Assembly: GCA_951406725.2 (NCBI GenBank)
Contig: OX597814.1
Coordinates: 11,346,001 to 11,410,000, forward strand
Reading direction: 5' to 3'
Source of the DNA: Octopus vulgaris
Lineage: Eukaryota
DNA: 64,000 bases
Positions 1 to 12,720 of the stretch are shown one piece after another. The position numbers and the translations under genes are program-made. The notes beneath the pieces were generated by a model. That model saw only the letters and a program-made list of their open reading frames with translations. It was not told where the DNA came from and did no database searches. The first letter of the stretch is position 1; each line of letters begins with the position of its first letter.

Positions 1-2975
1 CGAACGGGTAGCGCTTCTCGGTAGCACTGCCAGGCCAGGGATCTCTGGAAGTTGTCCATGGGCCCTGGCCCGAAAGTCGTCCTGAACAGGCGGGTCAGGT
101 ACTCCTCGTCGACGTCCAGGTTCGCCCCGAGCTCGTCGTCGTACCTCCCCTCCACTAAACCCCTATAGAATGCTTTGGTTGTGTTGAAGTCACTTAAGGT
201 CGACCCAGGACGGCAGAGTTGCTTGAGAGCAACGCGACACTCGCGGTGCCATTCGCCCTTCCTCGGCCTCTTTTTGATCCACGACTGCAGTTCGGTCATG
301 GAGACGAGCTGCGGGAAAGCGTGCCTCACAAACGGCGACCACACCTGTTCACCGTCGTCTACATAGAGCCAGAGATGCCGCAGTCTCAGCGCGTGTCTGC
401 GCATCATCAACCACGGCATGCCCAGCCCTCCTTTTAACGGGTGTTGACAGCAAATGGATCGCCTGACCATCGGGACGCATCCTTTCCACAAGAAGCGAAA
501 GAGGATGCGTTGTAGTTTGGTGATGGTAGGGTCGGGACAAGGTACGACGGTCAGGCGGTAGTAGATGACGGACGCGATGTACGTGTTCGCCACCTCCGCT
601 CGACCTTTTAGGGACAGTTTCCTCTCGGCCCATTGCCGGGCGAGAGTGACCACCCTACTCGTTATCTCGTTCCAGTTCTTCTCCACTTGGAGGTCCGGAC
701 CAAACCAGACCCCGAGCAACTCAACCGGGCCGTCGGTCCAGCGTCCCACGACGGAGGCGCTGGTGGACGGCATGGGCTTGCTTCTCCAGGTGCCTAGTCG
801 CAAGCCCACTGACTTTTCCCGGTTGATTTTCGCTCCTGTCACCGCTTCGTAGTTTTTCAGTGTCTCGCCGACCAGCTCGATGTGCTCGTGGCTAGACACT
901 ATGACGGTGACGTCGTCCGCGTATGCAGACACGCTCGTCCCGCATCCCAATTCTCGCGGGATGCCCCTTAGAGTCGCCAGCTTCCGCAGTAGTGGCTCAA
1001 GAGTCAATACGTATAGAAGCGCCGAGAGGGGGCATCCCTGACGGACCGAACGTGCAATGTTGAAAGGTCTCGATAGATGTCCATTTACGCGAATTACCGA
1101 ACGGATGCCTCTGTACAAAGCAGCTATCCATCCGCGGAAAACGGGACCGAAACCAGCCGCTCTCAGGACTGCCCCCAAGTATCGATGGTCTACCCTATCA
1201 AAGGCTTTCGATTGATCCAAGTTGATCAGGGCCCCACCCATGCCAGGTTCGTTAACTACCCTGTCTATGATGTAGCGCATCAGATGGAGGTTGTCATGGA
1301 TGGTCCGGCCTGGCACGGCGCATGTTTGCGCCTTGTCGACCAGTTTCTCGATGACAAGCGCCAACCTCTTGGCTAGCACCTTGGCCAAAATTTTCAAGTC
1401 TGCATTAAGCAGAGTGATGGGCCTAAAGTTATCTATTACATTTCCCTTGTTTAGATCTTTCTTCAGCAGTGTTACGGCTCCTCGGCTCACAAAACCAGGA
1501 ATGCTCCCGTTTTGCTGCCAGTTGCAGTACACCGCCGCCAAGAGATCTCCAAACAAGTCTGGCATACAATTGTAAAGCTCGTAGGGTAGACCATCCAAAC
1601 CCGGTGATTTGTCCCTCGAGCATTCTGCCATCGCTTCCCGCACTTCCGCCGCCGTGATGGCACCTTCGCAGCACCCTGCCTTTCTTGTCGAGAGTCGTGG
1701 TAGGCTATGTAGGTAGGCACTGAAGTCCACCCTACGTTCTTGCCCTCCACTCGTTCCGAACAGTCGGGCAAAATGCTGCTGAAAGGCTTCACACATTTTA
1801 CTTGGCTCGAGCAATTCGCGCCCCTGTTCATCTACCAGTGACCGAATGGTGGCTTTGTTGCCCTGTTGCGCCTCTGCCACCCGGGCCTCTCTCGCGGCTC
1901 CAACACCTTCGTTCCTTAGAGCACGCATCCTAGCTCTGACAGCACATCCTTCGTGTTTGGCGTTGAAGTGTTGGTTGAGGGCCAACCTCGCCGCCAAAAC
2001 GTCGGATGCGATGCCGCTTCTAATTGCCTCTTCTAGCTTCTTAACTAGCTCACCCTCTACTCTATTTCTATCTATGGCTAGTGCTTTGCTGTACCTAATC
2101 GCTTCTGCTTTTACTGCTCTCTTGAGGGCAAACCACCATTTGTTGTTGATGATGGCTCCCGTCAAAGCCCTCTTTACTAGTGTGCTAATCCGGTCTCTGA
2201 AAAATTGTCTCGATGGGAAAGACGCGTTTAGTTTCCAGTATCCGGGACCCTGCCTAAGTGTCTTACCTAAGTCTAGCGTACATGTCACAAGTTTGTGATC
2301 CGTGTAGCTGACTATGTGGAATTGTGGACATCCTATGCTATCTCTATCTACTGTCCTACACAGTATCCTATCTAGATACGATCTCGATGACCCGATGCGG
2401 TTGCTCCATGTCCACGTTGGCGCATTCGGGTGGTCTAGTCGGAACCTGTCAGACAGTTGAAAGCGTCTGAGCAGGTCTCTGAGGCATTTGCATCCCCGTC
2501 TATTCCTATCTCTACCCACGTAGTCTACATGCGTGTCCAAGGTAGCATTCCAATCCCCCACTAAGAGTAAAGGACGAGACGTTCCCAAGAAAACTTCTAG
2601 ACGTTGAAAGAAATCCGCCCGACCTGTTAAGGGCGGTGCGTAAACTGATACGAGTCGAAAAGCGCACCCATTGCTGCCGTCGACATCCAGGACGACCAGT
2701 CTACCCTCCGGGTCTACGAATATTGTCCTTACTTTGAGATCCAGACTCTTGTGAAAAAGTACCGCGGTGCCACTACCGCCCATTCTCGGCAGACAGGGGG
2801 AAAAATAAATGTTGAACTGTCCGCCAAACATGGTCTTTAGGGCCCGCGGATTGTGGAGTCTGGTCTCGCTTATGGCTATGATTTCTAACTTATGTGACTT
2901 TATGTCATTTAAGAGGTACCCTTGTTTCCAAGGGGACCCCAAGCCACGCGCATTTACACAACCAATCTTGATCAT
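1..2975 (-). CDS. Non-LTR retrotransposon ORF2 (APE endonuclease + reverse transcriptase), Tx1/L1 group; runs off the window edge
   Basis: Manual translation from ATG at 2975: MIKIGCVNARGL..ISETR..VGDWNA..SYLDRIL..TDHKLV (APE), KSPGLDGLPYE, NFRPITLLNADLKILAKVLA, LDQSKAFDRVDH, SVRQGCPLSALLY, SAYADDVTV, GGLGMP (RT). The frame is the same at both ends and the ORF track lists no stop-terminated ORF in this frame, consistent with ~991 open codons. Confidence 0.95.
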   Translation of the reverse strand, partial: MIKIGCVNARGLGSPWKQGYLLNDIKSHKLEIIAISETRLHNPRALKTMFGGQFNIYFSPCLPRMGGSGTAVLFHKSLDLKVRTIFVDPEGRLVVLDVDGSNGCAFRLVSVYAPPLTGRADFFQRLEVFLGTSRPLLLVGDWNATLDTHVDYVGRDRNRRGCKCLRDLLRRFQLSDRFRLDHPNAPTWTWSNRIGSSRSYLDRILCRTVDRDSIGCPQFHIVSYTDHKLVTCTLDLGKTLRQGPGYWKLNASFPSRQFFRDRISTLVKRALTGAIINNKWWFALKRAVKAEAIRYSKALAIDRNRVEGELVKKLEEAIRSGIASDVLAARLALNQHFNAKHEGCAVRARMRALRNEGVGAAREARVAEAQQGNKATIRSLVDEQGRELLEPSKMCEAFQQHFARLFGTSGGQERRVDFSAYLHSLPRLSTRKAGCCEGAITAAEVREAMAECSRDKSPGLDGLPYELYNCMPDLFGDLLAAVYCNWQQNGSIPGFVSRGAVTLLKKDLNKGNVIDNFRPITLLNADLKILAKVLAKRLALVIEKLVDKAQTCAVPGRTIHDNLHLMRYIIDRVVNEPGMGGALINLDQSKAFDRVDHRYLGAVLRAAGFGPVFRGWIAALYRGIRSVIRVNGHLSRPFNIARSVRQGCPLSALLYVLTLEPLLRKLATLRGIPRELGCGTSVSAYADDVTVIVSSHEHIELVGETLKNYEAVTGAKINREKSVGLRLGTWRSKPMPSTSASVVGRWTDGPVELLGVWFGPDLQVEKNWNEITSRVVTLARQWAERKLSLKGRAEVANTYIASVIYYRLTVVPCPDPTITKLQRILFRFLWKGCVPMVRRSICCQHPLKGGLGMPWLMMRRHALRLRHLWLYVDDGEQVWSPFVRHAFPQLVSMTELQSWIKKRPRKGEWHRECRVALKQLCRPGSTLSDFNTTKAFYRGLVEGRYDDELGANLDVDEEYLTRLFRTTFGPGPMDNFQRSLAWQCYREALPV

Positions 2976-3487
2976 AGTTCTAATGAATTAGAATACAGAG
3001 GGTTACTTACTGCTTTCTCCTCCGTTTTTGCTTTCTCCTCCGTTGGTTTGTCCTCGAGAAGATCCCAGTACAGTTTCTTTGTGAGATATTTTTGGCATTT
3101 GCCAACCGCACTGGGGAAAATGCCTTTGAGTGTGTGGTGCAGACTTTTGGAGATGTGTAATATTTTGATGTGGTCTGGTGGTGTTGTGTATGGGTGATTG
3201 TTTGTTTTTATGTCATCTTCTGTTATGTTTGTTTTTGATTGGATGTATTCCATTAAATTTGTGTTTTTGGTGTCTATGGCTGTGAGCATGTTTGCTGTAT
3301 ATGTTTTTGTGGTGTTGGTGTGGCTGTTGTTTGCGTTGGGTTTTGAAATGTCTTCGGGAGATGTATTTCCCCCTGCTTTGTTCGTGTTTGCATTTGGTTT
3401 GGTTGTGTTTCTGCTCTTTATTTTCCTTCTTTTTGTAGCTATTTGCCATTCCTCACTGGTTTCGTCTTCCGACGAAATTTCTGAGAA
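2972..3487 (-). pseudogene. C-terminal part of LINE ORF1 (low-complexity, K/T/N-rich)
   Basis: Open frame FSEISSEDETSEEWQIATKRRK...MLTAIDTK...SNSLEL* lies directly upstream of ORF2, and its TGA overlaps the ORF2 ATG. An in-frame TGA at ~3488-3490 interrupts it further upstream. Confidence 0.6.
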
Positions 3488-3648
3488 TCAGAAGGGGTAG
3501 GGTATGTTGTGGGCTTCTATGTATGTCTGTGTAAGTGGTTGTGTTGTTGTTTTCGTTGTTGTTGGTTGTTGAGTGTTTGTGTGTGTTGAGTGCGGTATAA
3601 GGGATGGGGGATCAGTTTGTGTGTGTTTTCTTTGTTTTTCTGTTCCTT

Positions 3649-3901
<253 letters not shown>

Positions 3902-4181
3902 CTTTTTCTTCTTTCCTCCCTCGCTTTCACTCTTGAAACATATTAATCAAATCTCTACCATATGAAAAATAAAAAAATCAATATAAAATTTATCTGTAAA
4001 TTAACAGATGAAACATTAAGTGATTAAGATTTGGAACACATTTTCCTTAAAGTCTGACAAATTATTCCAATATCTTTAATTATCGGTAATGATTAATTAA
4101 AGAATTAAATCGACAGCAATTCGCTAAGAGGAAGTAAGCTGATGACGTGTTTACTGCTCTTGTAAACATGTATAAGTTTTC

Positions 4182-4485
4182 GTATGTATGTATGTATGTA
4201 TGTATGTATGTATGTATGAATGTATGTATGTATGTATGTATGTATGAATGTATGTATGTATGTCTGCATGTATGTATGTATGTATGTATGTATGTATGTA
4301 TGTCTGCATGTATGTATGTATGTATGTATGTATGAATGAATGTATGTATGTATGTATGAATGAATGTATGTATGTATGTATTTATGTATGTATGAATGAA
4401 TGAATGTATGTATGTATGTATTTATGTATGTATGTATGTATGTATGTATGTATGTATGTATGAATGAATGAATGAATGTATGTAC
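4182..4485. repeat. (TATG)n/(TGAA)n microsatellite
   Basis: Seen directly. Confidence 0.95.
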
Positions 4486-4489
4486 GTGT

Positions 4490-5130
4490 GTCATTATTCT
4501 GCTTCATTTCAAGCTCTTTTGCCAAAAGATCCAAGGCTCCTTCTTTGGAATTTTAACATCAACAGGATATTTTTGTATGTATGTACGTATGTATATATGT
4601 CATTATTCAGTTTATTTCTTGTCAATAGAGAAAGAACCGGTTTCCAAGGCTATGTATGTATATGTGTAGATTTATATGTTTTGTTTTATGTATGTATTCT
4701 CATGCATATAGTTGCATATTTAGACATGCTCATATATACTTTAATTATAAATTTCTGCAAAGTTTTACAGATCTTTACAGTTCCAGTGATTGCTTGCATC
4801 TGTAGTCTCTGAATCAGCTTTCCCCTTTCTGGTTTTGAGAAACCTAATTTCTCAAGATAGGTATTTAGGTAGTTTGTTACATATCACAGTATCCCAACAA
4901 TTACAGGTATGAACCTGAACTTGTAATTTGGATAGAGAATCTGTAAGTTTCTCAATAGTTCATTGTAGGTATTTTCTTTTTCACTGATCTTTAGCTTTAT
5001 GTTAACATCCGTTGGGCAGCTGATTTCTACAACTGTACACAGTTACTCTTCTCTATCCCAAATCATATCAGTCCTATTGTGTTTATATTTTATTGAAGTT
5101 TTCACTGGGACACTCCACCAGTATCCCTGG
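4490..5130 (-). mobile_element. 3' end of an R4/Dong-like (RLE endonuclease) LINE embedded in (TATG)n
   Basis: Minus-strand translation DMIWDREE*LCTVVEISCPTDVNIKLKISEKENTYNELLRNLQILYPNYKFRFIPVIVG...LQMQAITGTVKICK resembles the PD-(D/E)xK RLE C-terminus. The 3' UTR (4490-4650) recurs inverted at 21760-21872. Confidence 0.7.
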
Positions 5131-5703
5131 CATGTATGTATGTATGTATGTATGTATGTATGTATGTATGTATGTATGTATGTATGTATGTATGTATGTA
5201 TGTATGTATTTATGTATGTATGTATGTATGTATGTATATGTGTGTGTATGTATGATGTATGTATGTATATGTGTGTGTATGTATGTGCGCCTGAATGTAA
5301 TTTTTATGTTATACTTCTATTTGTTTAATTTCAAAAGAAATCTTGCTCTAATGCTAGACTTTAGTGAACAACAATAGTAAAAATTTACAGGTTGAGTTTT
5401 AGAAAAGTATTCAATATTTTCATTGTTCGGCTTACAGGATGAATTTGCAGATCGAATGTTAGCTGATCGCCTTCTGTGTCAGAAAAATCATAGCATTTTA
5501 ACGCATTAGGTGTATGTATGCATGTATGTATGTATGTATGTATGTATGTATGTATGTATGTATGTATGTATGTATGTATGTATCTACATAATTGTGAATG
5601 TAAGTGTGCGTGCATTTATGTACTTAGAAATGTATATTCAATTGTATGTAAATGTGTGTGTGAGTGTATGTATGTGGTGTGTGTGTGTGTGTGTGTGTGC
5701 GTG

Positions 5704-5739
<36 letters not shown>

Positions 5740-6609
5740 TGAATCCATATTGAGGAAGTGAAGCAGGTAAAATCCAGGCTACATACGTTTCTTTGGTAGC
5801 AGATCCTCTGAAGTAATGATTACTCAACGAGGGATACACGGCCGAAGATACGTTAGTTATATGAAGGTTACATTGTCGTTAAGGAATCCCAAGTTAACTC
5901 ACCAATGATATATTTCGAAATAAAATTTTTCTCAGCTTAGCGAACTTCGATATGAGAAAAACTTACAAACCTGACCAATAAACTATTATTATAAACTATT
6001 ATAAACTATTACCAATAAACTATTATTGTTCAGGAAGAGGAAGAACATCCAGATTCATTAGTGGAAGGCTCACTTATGCTTTGTATCGGCTCAGCAATAA
6101 ATCAGAACCGCAATATTTTCTTGTTCCGACAAGGGCTACTCGGCTAGGATGGGGAAGGAATAGAGTTGCAGCAATGTTATATGCTTGTAAGGTCACCAAG
6201 GGAGATCAACATATAATTGACACAAACATAAGAAGAAAAAAAATCTCTACATAGTCGCTTGCTTGACCTGCTGGAAATAGCAGCTAGATCTCATTCAAAT
6301 CACAGCCTAACGTCTAAAAAGAAAAAATAAGAAAAGATCACATGAATTAATGTAAGCCTACGCACTTCTTAAAAGACAGAGTTAGGCTGAAATGTTTTTG
6401 CCTATTTTTTAATGGCATTAGACTGTATTTTTATTGAGATATTTTTACAGAAGGAAAAGAATGGGAAAATGCATTAAAAGTATAAAGACCAAATTATCGA
6501 GTAAAAACCCGTAAGTACATCACCAAGAAAACAAAGAAAAAGAAAAAGAGGAGGCTTAAGCAGCAGATTTGTTGGTGGGATAACGGGTTGAACACATCGA
6601 AACAAATGG

Positions 6610-7035
6610 CCTCTATAGCCAGGCCTCTCGGACATAATTGTAAAGGCTTTGCCGCCGAAAATGGCCAGCGGCACTCGCTGCAATAGCCACCCTATCTCAG
6701 GAGGCTCATTTCTCAGACGGTTTGCAGTTATCCCGATTTTGTAGAGGAAATCAGTTGTGCAGGGTTAGAAAACACATGAGGACTCGACAGCAACCTCTCC
6801 TCTGCGTTATGGGTGTCGACAACCGGGATTGCGGCCGATGCGGCATTGTTGGAGATGAAGAACCTGTTGCAGCATGTTGTGTCCCAGATTAGGGATTTGC
6901 TTCCCACGTATGGAAAGAGGGTTAATCCGTCGGGGCGCTTGCCATCCCCATGAACAAGACTTTCTGGCTCCAGTTGCAGCGAGAAACCAGTGTCGTCGTA
7001 GATCCTTGAAATGTGTCATTCAGAGCGGCGTGTCG
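6610..7035 (-). mobile_element. Degenerate C-terminal RLE domain of a CRE-like non-LTR retrotransposon
   Basis: Frameshifted peptides HAALND.., LEP..GDGKRPDGLTLFPY..KSLIWDTTC and WLLQRVPLAIFGGKAFTI match the HxxLND/KRPDG/WDxT/QRxSxAIxRGNA pattern. Confidence 0.7.
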
Positions 7036-7544
7036 GAGGAAACAACAACAACAACAACAACAACAATAGATGCTGAGAGGCTTAGCATTTGTATCGGCTT
7101 TCAGAGGATTTTAGCAACTTGAAATTCAAATGGAGTGACATGGTAGTGCAAAACTGTTTTCCCATGCTAAATGTAGTAATTCAGTCTTGGTGTAGTCGAA
7201 AGTATCAAGGTGAACGTGTTTCTCATTGGGAGATTGTTTCAAGGTCTCCGTTTATTGGAAGCAGTGCAGTTCTATCTTGCGTGAAATATTTTAGTTGGAC
7301 ATGCGCAGAAAGGTTAAGGAGCATTGATGGGTAGTGCATTTTGCGTAGGAGTGTATTGTAGTTCTGTTACCGACAGTATTCTAATAATAATGTATTTGAT
7401 ATTTTTCTCAGTTTCCTTACACCCTTTCTTTCTCTCGCTTTTTCTTTCTTTCCTTCTTTTTTTCTTTCTTTCTTTCATTTCGTTACCTTCTTGATCTCGC
7501 TCTATTTCTCACTATAATTCTATCGATCTTCTCCATAACTTCCA

Positions 7545-7589
<45 letters not shown>

Positions 7590-8066
7590 AACACAACACA
7601 ACTATACACCTTTCCTACTTTCTTTCCTTTCTTCTTTATTTCTCTCCACCCCTTCTTTCCTTTCGTTCTCATTTCCAATTCCTTCATACTACTCGCTATC
7701 GCTATCATTACCATCATCGTCGTCGTCGTCGTCGTCATCATCATCATCATCCATCATTTAAACCGCCATTGCCGCCAGCACCACCACTACCATCATCATT
7801 ATCATCATCATCATCATCATCATCTAAACAACCACCACAATGACACTACCACCAACATCACCCCCACCGTCGTCGTCATCATCACTTCTTATATCTGTTC
7901 CCCTTTCCTTTTATGCTAATTAATATTTTGATCCGCAGTCATCTCAATTAACTTGATCTGACAGAAAACCAAAAACAGCAAATTACGAGGGATTAAAGAG
8001 AAATAACTGATTCAACTGGTGAGAAGACACCATAGTCTCAATAATAAATCATTAAAGTTTAGATGA

Positions 8067-8445
8067 ACATGGTTCCGGGTTCAGTCCCACTGCGTGGCAC
8101 CTTAGGCGTGGGCAAGTGTCTTCTACTATAGCCTCGGCCGACCAAATCCTTGTGAGTGGATTTGGTAGACGGAAATTGAAAGAAGCCCGTCGTATATATG
8201 TATATGTATATATATATATGTGTGTGTGTGTGTGTTTATGTGTCTGTGTTTGTCCCCGCCACCATCACTTGACAACCGATGTTGGTGTGTTTACGTCCCC
8301 GTAACTTAGCGGCTCGGCAAAAGAGACCAATAGAATATGTACAAGGTTTACAAAAAATAAATCCTGGGGTCGATTTGCTCGACTAAAGGCGGTGCTCCAG
8401 CATGGCTGCAGTCAAATGACTGAAACAAGTAAAAAAAGTAAAAGA
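8067..8445 (+). mobile_element. tRNA-derived SINE family B (internal TA/TG microsatellite), followed by a partial second copy at 8477-8690
   Basis: ggttccgggttcagtcccactgcgtggcacc (B-box-like), ggtagacggaaa..gaaagaagcccgtcg, and tail gactgaaacaagtaaaa..; many copies in the window. Confidence 0.85.
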
Positions 8446-8516
8446 GATATACACACACACAAATACGCACACATACGTAGACCGAAACTGAAAGAAGCCC
8501 GCCGTATATATGCATA

Positions 8517-8547
<31 letters not shown>

Positions 8548-8759
8548 GCGCGCGCGCATATGCATGTATGTGTGTGAATACGTTTGTGTATGTGTGTTTG
8601 TCCCCCTTCCCAACATCACTTGACAACCGATGCTGGTGTGTTTACGTCCCCGTAACCTAGCGGCTCGGTAAAAGAGTAAAAGAGTATAGAATAATCAGAA
8701 CAGGGATCAATCCCCACCAAGGTGTTTGCTTCACATTTTGTCCTTCTCGGTTTATCATT

Positions 8760-9190
8760 TTTCCTTAACTTGTTTCAGTCGTTCAGTTGCGCCCATGCTA
8801 GGGCACCACCGCGGAAAGTTTAGCCGAACAAATCAACTACGGTACTTATATTTATTTTTTAAAGTCTGGTAGTTATTCAATGGTTTCTTTTTTTTTGCCG
8901 AACTGCAAGGTTTCCGGGGTTCCGGTATGTAGACAAACGATTATTGGTTGTCAGGCAGTGGTGGCGGGAGGAGGGCGACAAACACAAACACAGACAAACA
9001 CACATGCATATACACACAAAAATACACATATATATGCAATGCCACACAGTTTCCGTCAACCGAATTCATTCACAAGGCATCGATCGACCCGAAGCTATAC
9101 TAGAAGACATCTCCGAAGGAGCCACGTAGTGGAACTGAACCCGAAACCACATGGTTGCAAAGCGAGATTCTTAACTGTAAAGCCATGCTT
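8760..9190 (-). mobile_element. Diverged SINE family B copy
   Basis: Reverse-complement similarity to 19667-20062. Confidence 0.7.
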
Positions 9191-9649
9191 ACACGTTTCC
9201 ATAAATAAACTACTAAATAATCGCTGTGACGGATTTAATCGACTATACGACCACCATACGGCATTTTTACGAGGCAACCTTTGCTGAAGCGGCTAGACCA
9301 GCTAGAATAAGCTATCAATTATCACTCAAATTACACACTACCGTCTTCGAAAATGAGGAACATGAAGTACTGGGTACTCAGTGCTCGAGAGCAAGACGCG
9401 GCAACCATAGCTAAAGTATTTTGAATTATATGTAGTATGCTTTTTGAAGGTTGAGCTGAGGCTAAACTAAACAACCATTACAAATACAAGGCAACAAGGG
9501 AAGTCATCACGGTTTCTTTTCTCGCTTGAAATAACAGTCAAATTTCTTTCAAACCAGATCCTGTCGTCGAAGAAAAAGGAGACACACGTTATTGATTGTA
9601 AGTACACTGCTATGAAAATAAGATGGAATTGTGGTTGGAGTAAAATAAT

Positions 9650-10215
9650 CCTTTCTATTGTAGGGACAATGCGTGAAACTTTGGGGGAGAGGGTTAGTCG
9701 ATTACATTGGCCCCAGGGCTCAACTGGTACTTATTTTAACGACCCTGAAAAGATGAAAGGCAAAGTCGACCTCGGCGGAATTTTGACACAGAACGTAAAG
9801 ATGGATGCCTATTTCTTTATTACCCACAAGGGGCTAAACACAGAGGGGACAAACAAGGACAGACAAACCGATTAAGTCGATTATATCGACCCCAGTGCGT
9901 AACTGGTACTTAATTTATTGACCCCGAAAGGATGAAAGGCAAAGTTGACCTCGGCGGAATTTTGACACAGAACGTAAAGATGGATGCCTATTTCTTTACT
10001 ACCCACAAGGGGCTAAACACAGAGGGGACAAACAAGGACAGACAAACCGATTAAGTCGATTATATCGACCCCAGTGCGTAACTGGTACTTAATTCATTGA
10101 CCCCGAAAGGATGAAAGGCAAAGTCGACCTCGGCGGAATTTTGACACAGAACGTTAAGAGGATGTCGCTCAGCATTTTGTCCGATGCGACAGCGATTTCG
10201 CCACCTCGCTGCTTT
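9650..10215 (-). mobile_element. SINE family A trimer (179-bp period)
   Basis: Three copies of gatgaaaggcaaagtcgacctcggcggaattttgacacagaacg; two 'tail-1' ends and one 'tail-2' end. Confidence 0.9.
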
Positions 10216-10379
10216 TAGCTGGAGTAAAATAATGGCATTTAGAAATGTGTAACTTTGTACACCACAGCTAAAAGTCCTAAATGCACTAAGATTATTCAAA
10301 ATAAATCAAAGTGGTTCGAAACTATAATTTTCCTTTGCCAGCTATACATATGCACAACTTATGCTCATGTGACATAAAA

Positions 10380-10950
10380 ATCCCTTCGACATTACTATCT
10401 CGATTCCTCGGACTCATAGGATGGGTTGCCCAGTGTTCATGGTATCAAGTAACCGAGATAAACAACATTTATTCTGAACGTCGCATGTGATTCAATTACA
10501 GTAATTGAAACCAAGATCTTGTAATCATGAGTACAACACCCTAACCACTAGGCTACACACCCTCACTTGTGTAATATATCTACATAAATACCGGCTATTA
10601 TCACCTTATAAATCTTCTTTAATTTCCATTGGTATCGACAAATTTTATGTCACAAAATCTTTGCTACAAACGTTTACTATATCTTAAATTATGCATAGCC
10701 AGTTTCTGTATTCAGAGTTCAGTTCCCGCTAAGGTCAATTTCACCTCACATCTTTCTGGGGTCAGTTAAGTAAAGTATCAGTCAATCACAACGATATCAG
10801 AAACAATTAAGGACAGTGGTTAGCAAATCGGAGAAAAATCTTTCGCTATATTTCTTCCGGCTTTTTACGTTCTGAGTTCAAATCCTGCCAAGGCCGACTT
10901 TGTCTTTCATCCTTTCGGAGTTGATAAATGAATACCAGTCAATTATTCCC
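10380..10950. mobile_element. Cluster of old SINE remnants (minus-strand tRNA-headed copy 10380-10570; family A fragments 10705-10945 on +)
   Basis: Degenerate gttctgagttcaaatc..gactttg..tttcatcctttcgg motifs. Confidence 0.55.
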
Positions 10951-11268
10951 ATCATCCAAAAACAAGGAATCAACAACATTGTAAAACGAATTAACAATTG
11001 CCGTTGGATACATTCACTCTCCATATGGTGCTATGGTGTTTCATAGCCTGAGGAAACGTGTAGTAGTCATTTGTCGTTAGATGTTTCCGAACTAACCCCT
11101 TCGCTATATTCGTTTCCACGAGTATGTAAGTTTGTTCATGCGTACTTTTGTTTAAGCGATTTTTTTAATCCCATGTAAATATAATGCTAGTATTTCCCAA
11201 ATTTTGACCATATATCGTGTATTGTACACGATAAACAAGTATGTATATGATTATGCGTGTGTGTGTGC

Positions 11269-11364
<96 letters not shown>

Positions 11365-11383
11365 ACACACACACACACGCATA

Positions 11384-11416
<33 letters not shown>

Positions 11417-11563
11417 CAGACACACATATATATAGAGAGAGGAAGAGAGAGAGAGGAGATGATAGATAGATAGATTGATAGATATACACAAATAAAATCA
11501 CACATACGCATGCATATGTATGTGTGTGTATGTTGTGTGTGTGTGTGCGTGTGTGTGTATGTG

Positions 11564-11615
<52 letters not shown>

Positions 11616-12494
11616 GGTGCGTATATGTTACTATGCATGTATATTAAAATATTAAAATACTGAAAAGTATCGCTGTTCTTTACCTTTCTGCTGACTGTAC
11701 CGTATTTTTGAGGCAATTAATTTTATAAATAAATAACATGAAGTAAATTAATTAAATGCATAGCAATTTTAATATCGATGTAATTAAGCTGATTAGCTAG
11801 TTGCAAGGCGAGGAGGGGGCTGTAATTCTTTCTGATTCATTAGAGATAATATTGATCTACGTGTATATGTGCGCGTGTGTTGATTTATGTGTATCTATGT
11901 AAAAGTATAAGAATACGAAAGTGAGGTGATGTATATGTATGTATGTGTGTGTGTGCGTGTGTGCGTATGTGTGTGCGTATGTGTGTACGATTGTGAATGT
12001 GTAATTGCATGTGTGTTTGTGTTTGCCCTTGCATACACACATGCTTAATGTTTCGTTATAGTTTCTGCCTTTAACCAAATTTCACAAGATATTGGCCAAT
12101 CCTAGACTATAAATGACACAAGCCCAATGTGTCGCTCAGTGGAATCTAACCGAAACTTTATGGCTGTGAAGCGAAATTCTTATTCATACAGCCAAAAGAG
12201 AACTAACATGAGGTAGAACGTAGGTTAATAATTCTGATTGTTTATCTATTTGGATGCGTAGAATTATTATCACGTATGCACGTCAGTGTGCGTGTGTGTA
12301 TGTGTGTGTGCATGCGCCCGCGTATGTGTAAGACTGAGATTGCATATGTGTATTTATGCGTATCTGTGTTTGTAAGAGAGTATAGTTTTTAACACACATA
12401 CACATTTAGAATAAGTGCGAAAAGTAGACACAGCATGCAAGCCCATGGGTTATATGATATATCACTAGAACCTAATATTCAGAAAAGGGATAAG

Positions 12495-12720
12495 GCAACA
12501 TGCTGGCAGAATCGTTACAGCACCGAGCAAAATACTTAGCGGTATTACATCCGTCTTTACGTTCTGTGTTCGAATTCAGCCGATGTCGACTTTGCTTTTC
12601 ATCCCTTCGGAGTCGATAAAATAAGTACCAGTTGAACATCAGCATCGATGTAATCGGCTTACCTTCTCCCCCGAAATTATTGGCTTTGTGCCAAAACTTG
12701 AAGCCAATATTCAGAAACAA
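12495..12720 (+). mobile_element. SINE family A, diverged monomer with tail-2
   Basis: gctggcagaatcgttacagcacc..gtcgactttgcttttcatcccttcggagtcgataaaataagtaccagt. Confidence 0.8.

Larger units (their letters stand above)
1..3648 (-). mobile_element. Young, 5'-truncated Tx1/L1-like LINE whose 5' junction abuts a (GATA)n tract
   Basis: GC-rich ORF2 plus ORF1 remnant; abrupt junction to (GATA)n at ~3649. Confidence 0.88.

Noticed and set aside
175-2991. Short plus-strand and off-frame ORFs in the ORF track
   Set aside because: They are shadows of the real minus-strand LINE ORF2.
6250-6400. Third old repeat family (gaaatagcagc..tc..tcaaatcaca; also near 9300, 20590, 45890, 48930)
   Set aside because: It recurs but is too decayed to delimit or classify.
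9650-10215. CRISPR-like or satellite interpretation of the 179-bp repeats
   Set aside because: Units are whole SINE bodies with no unique spacers and no cas genes; the context is eukaryotic.
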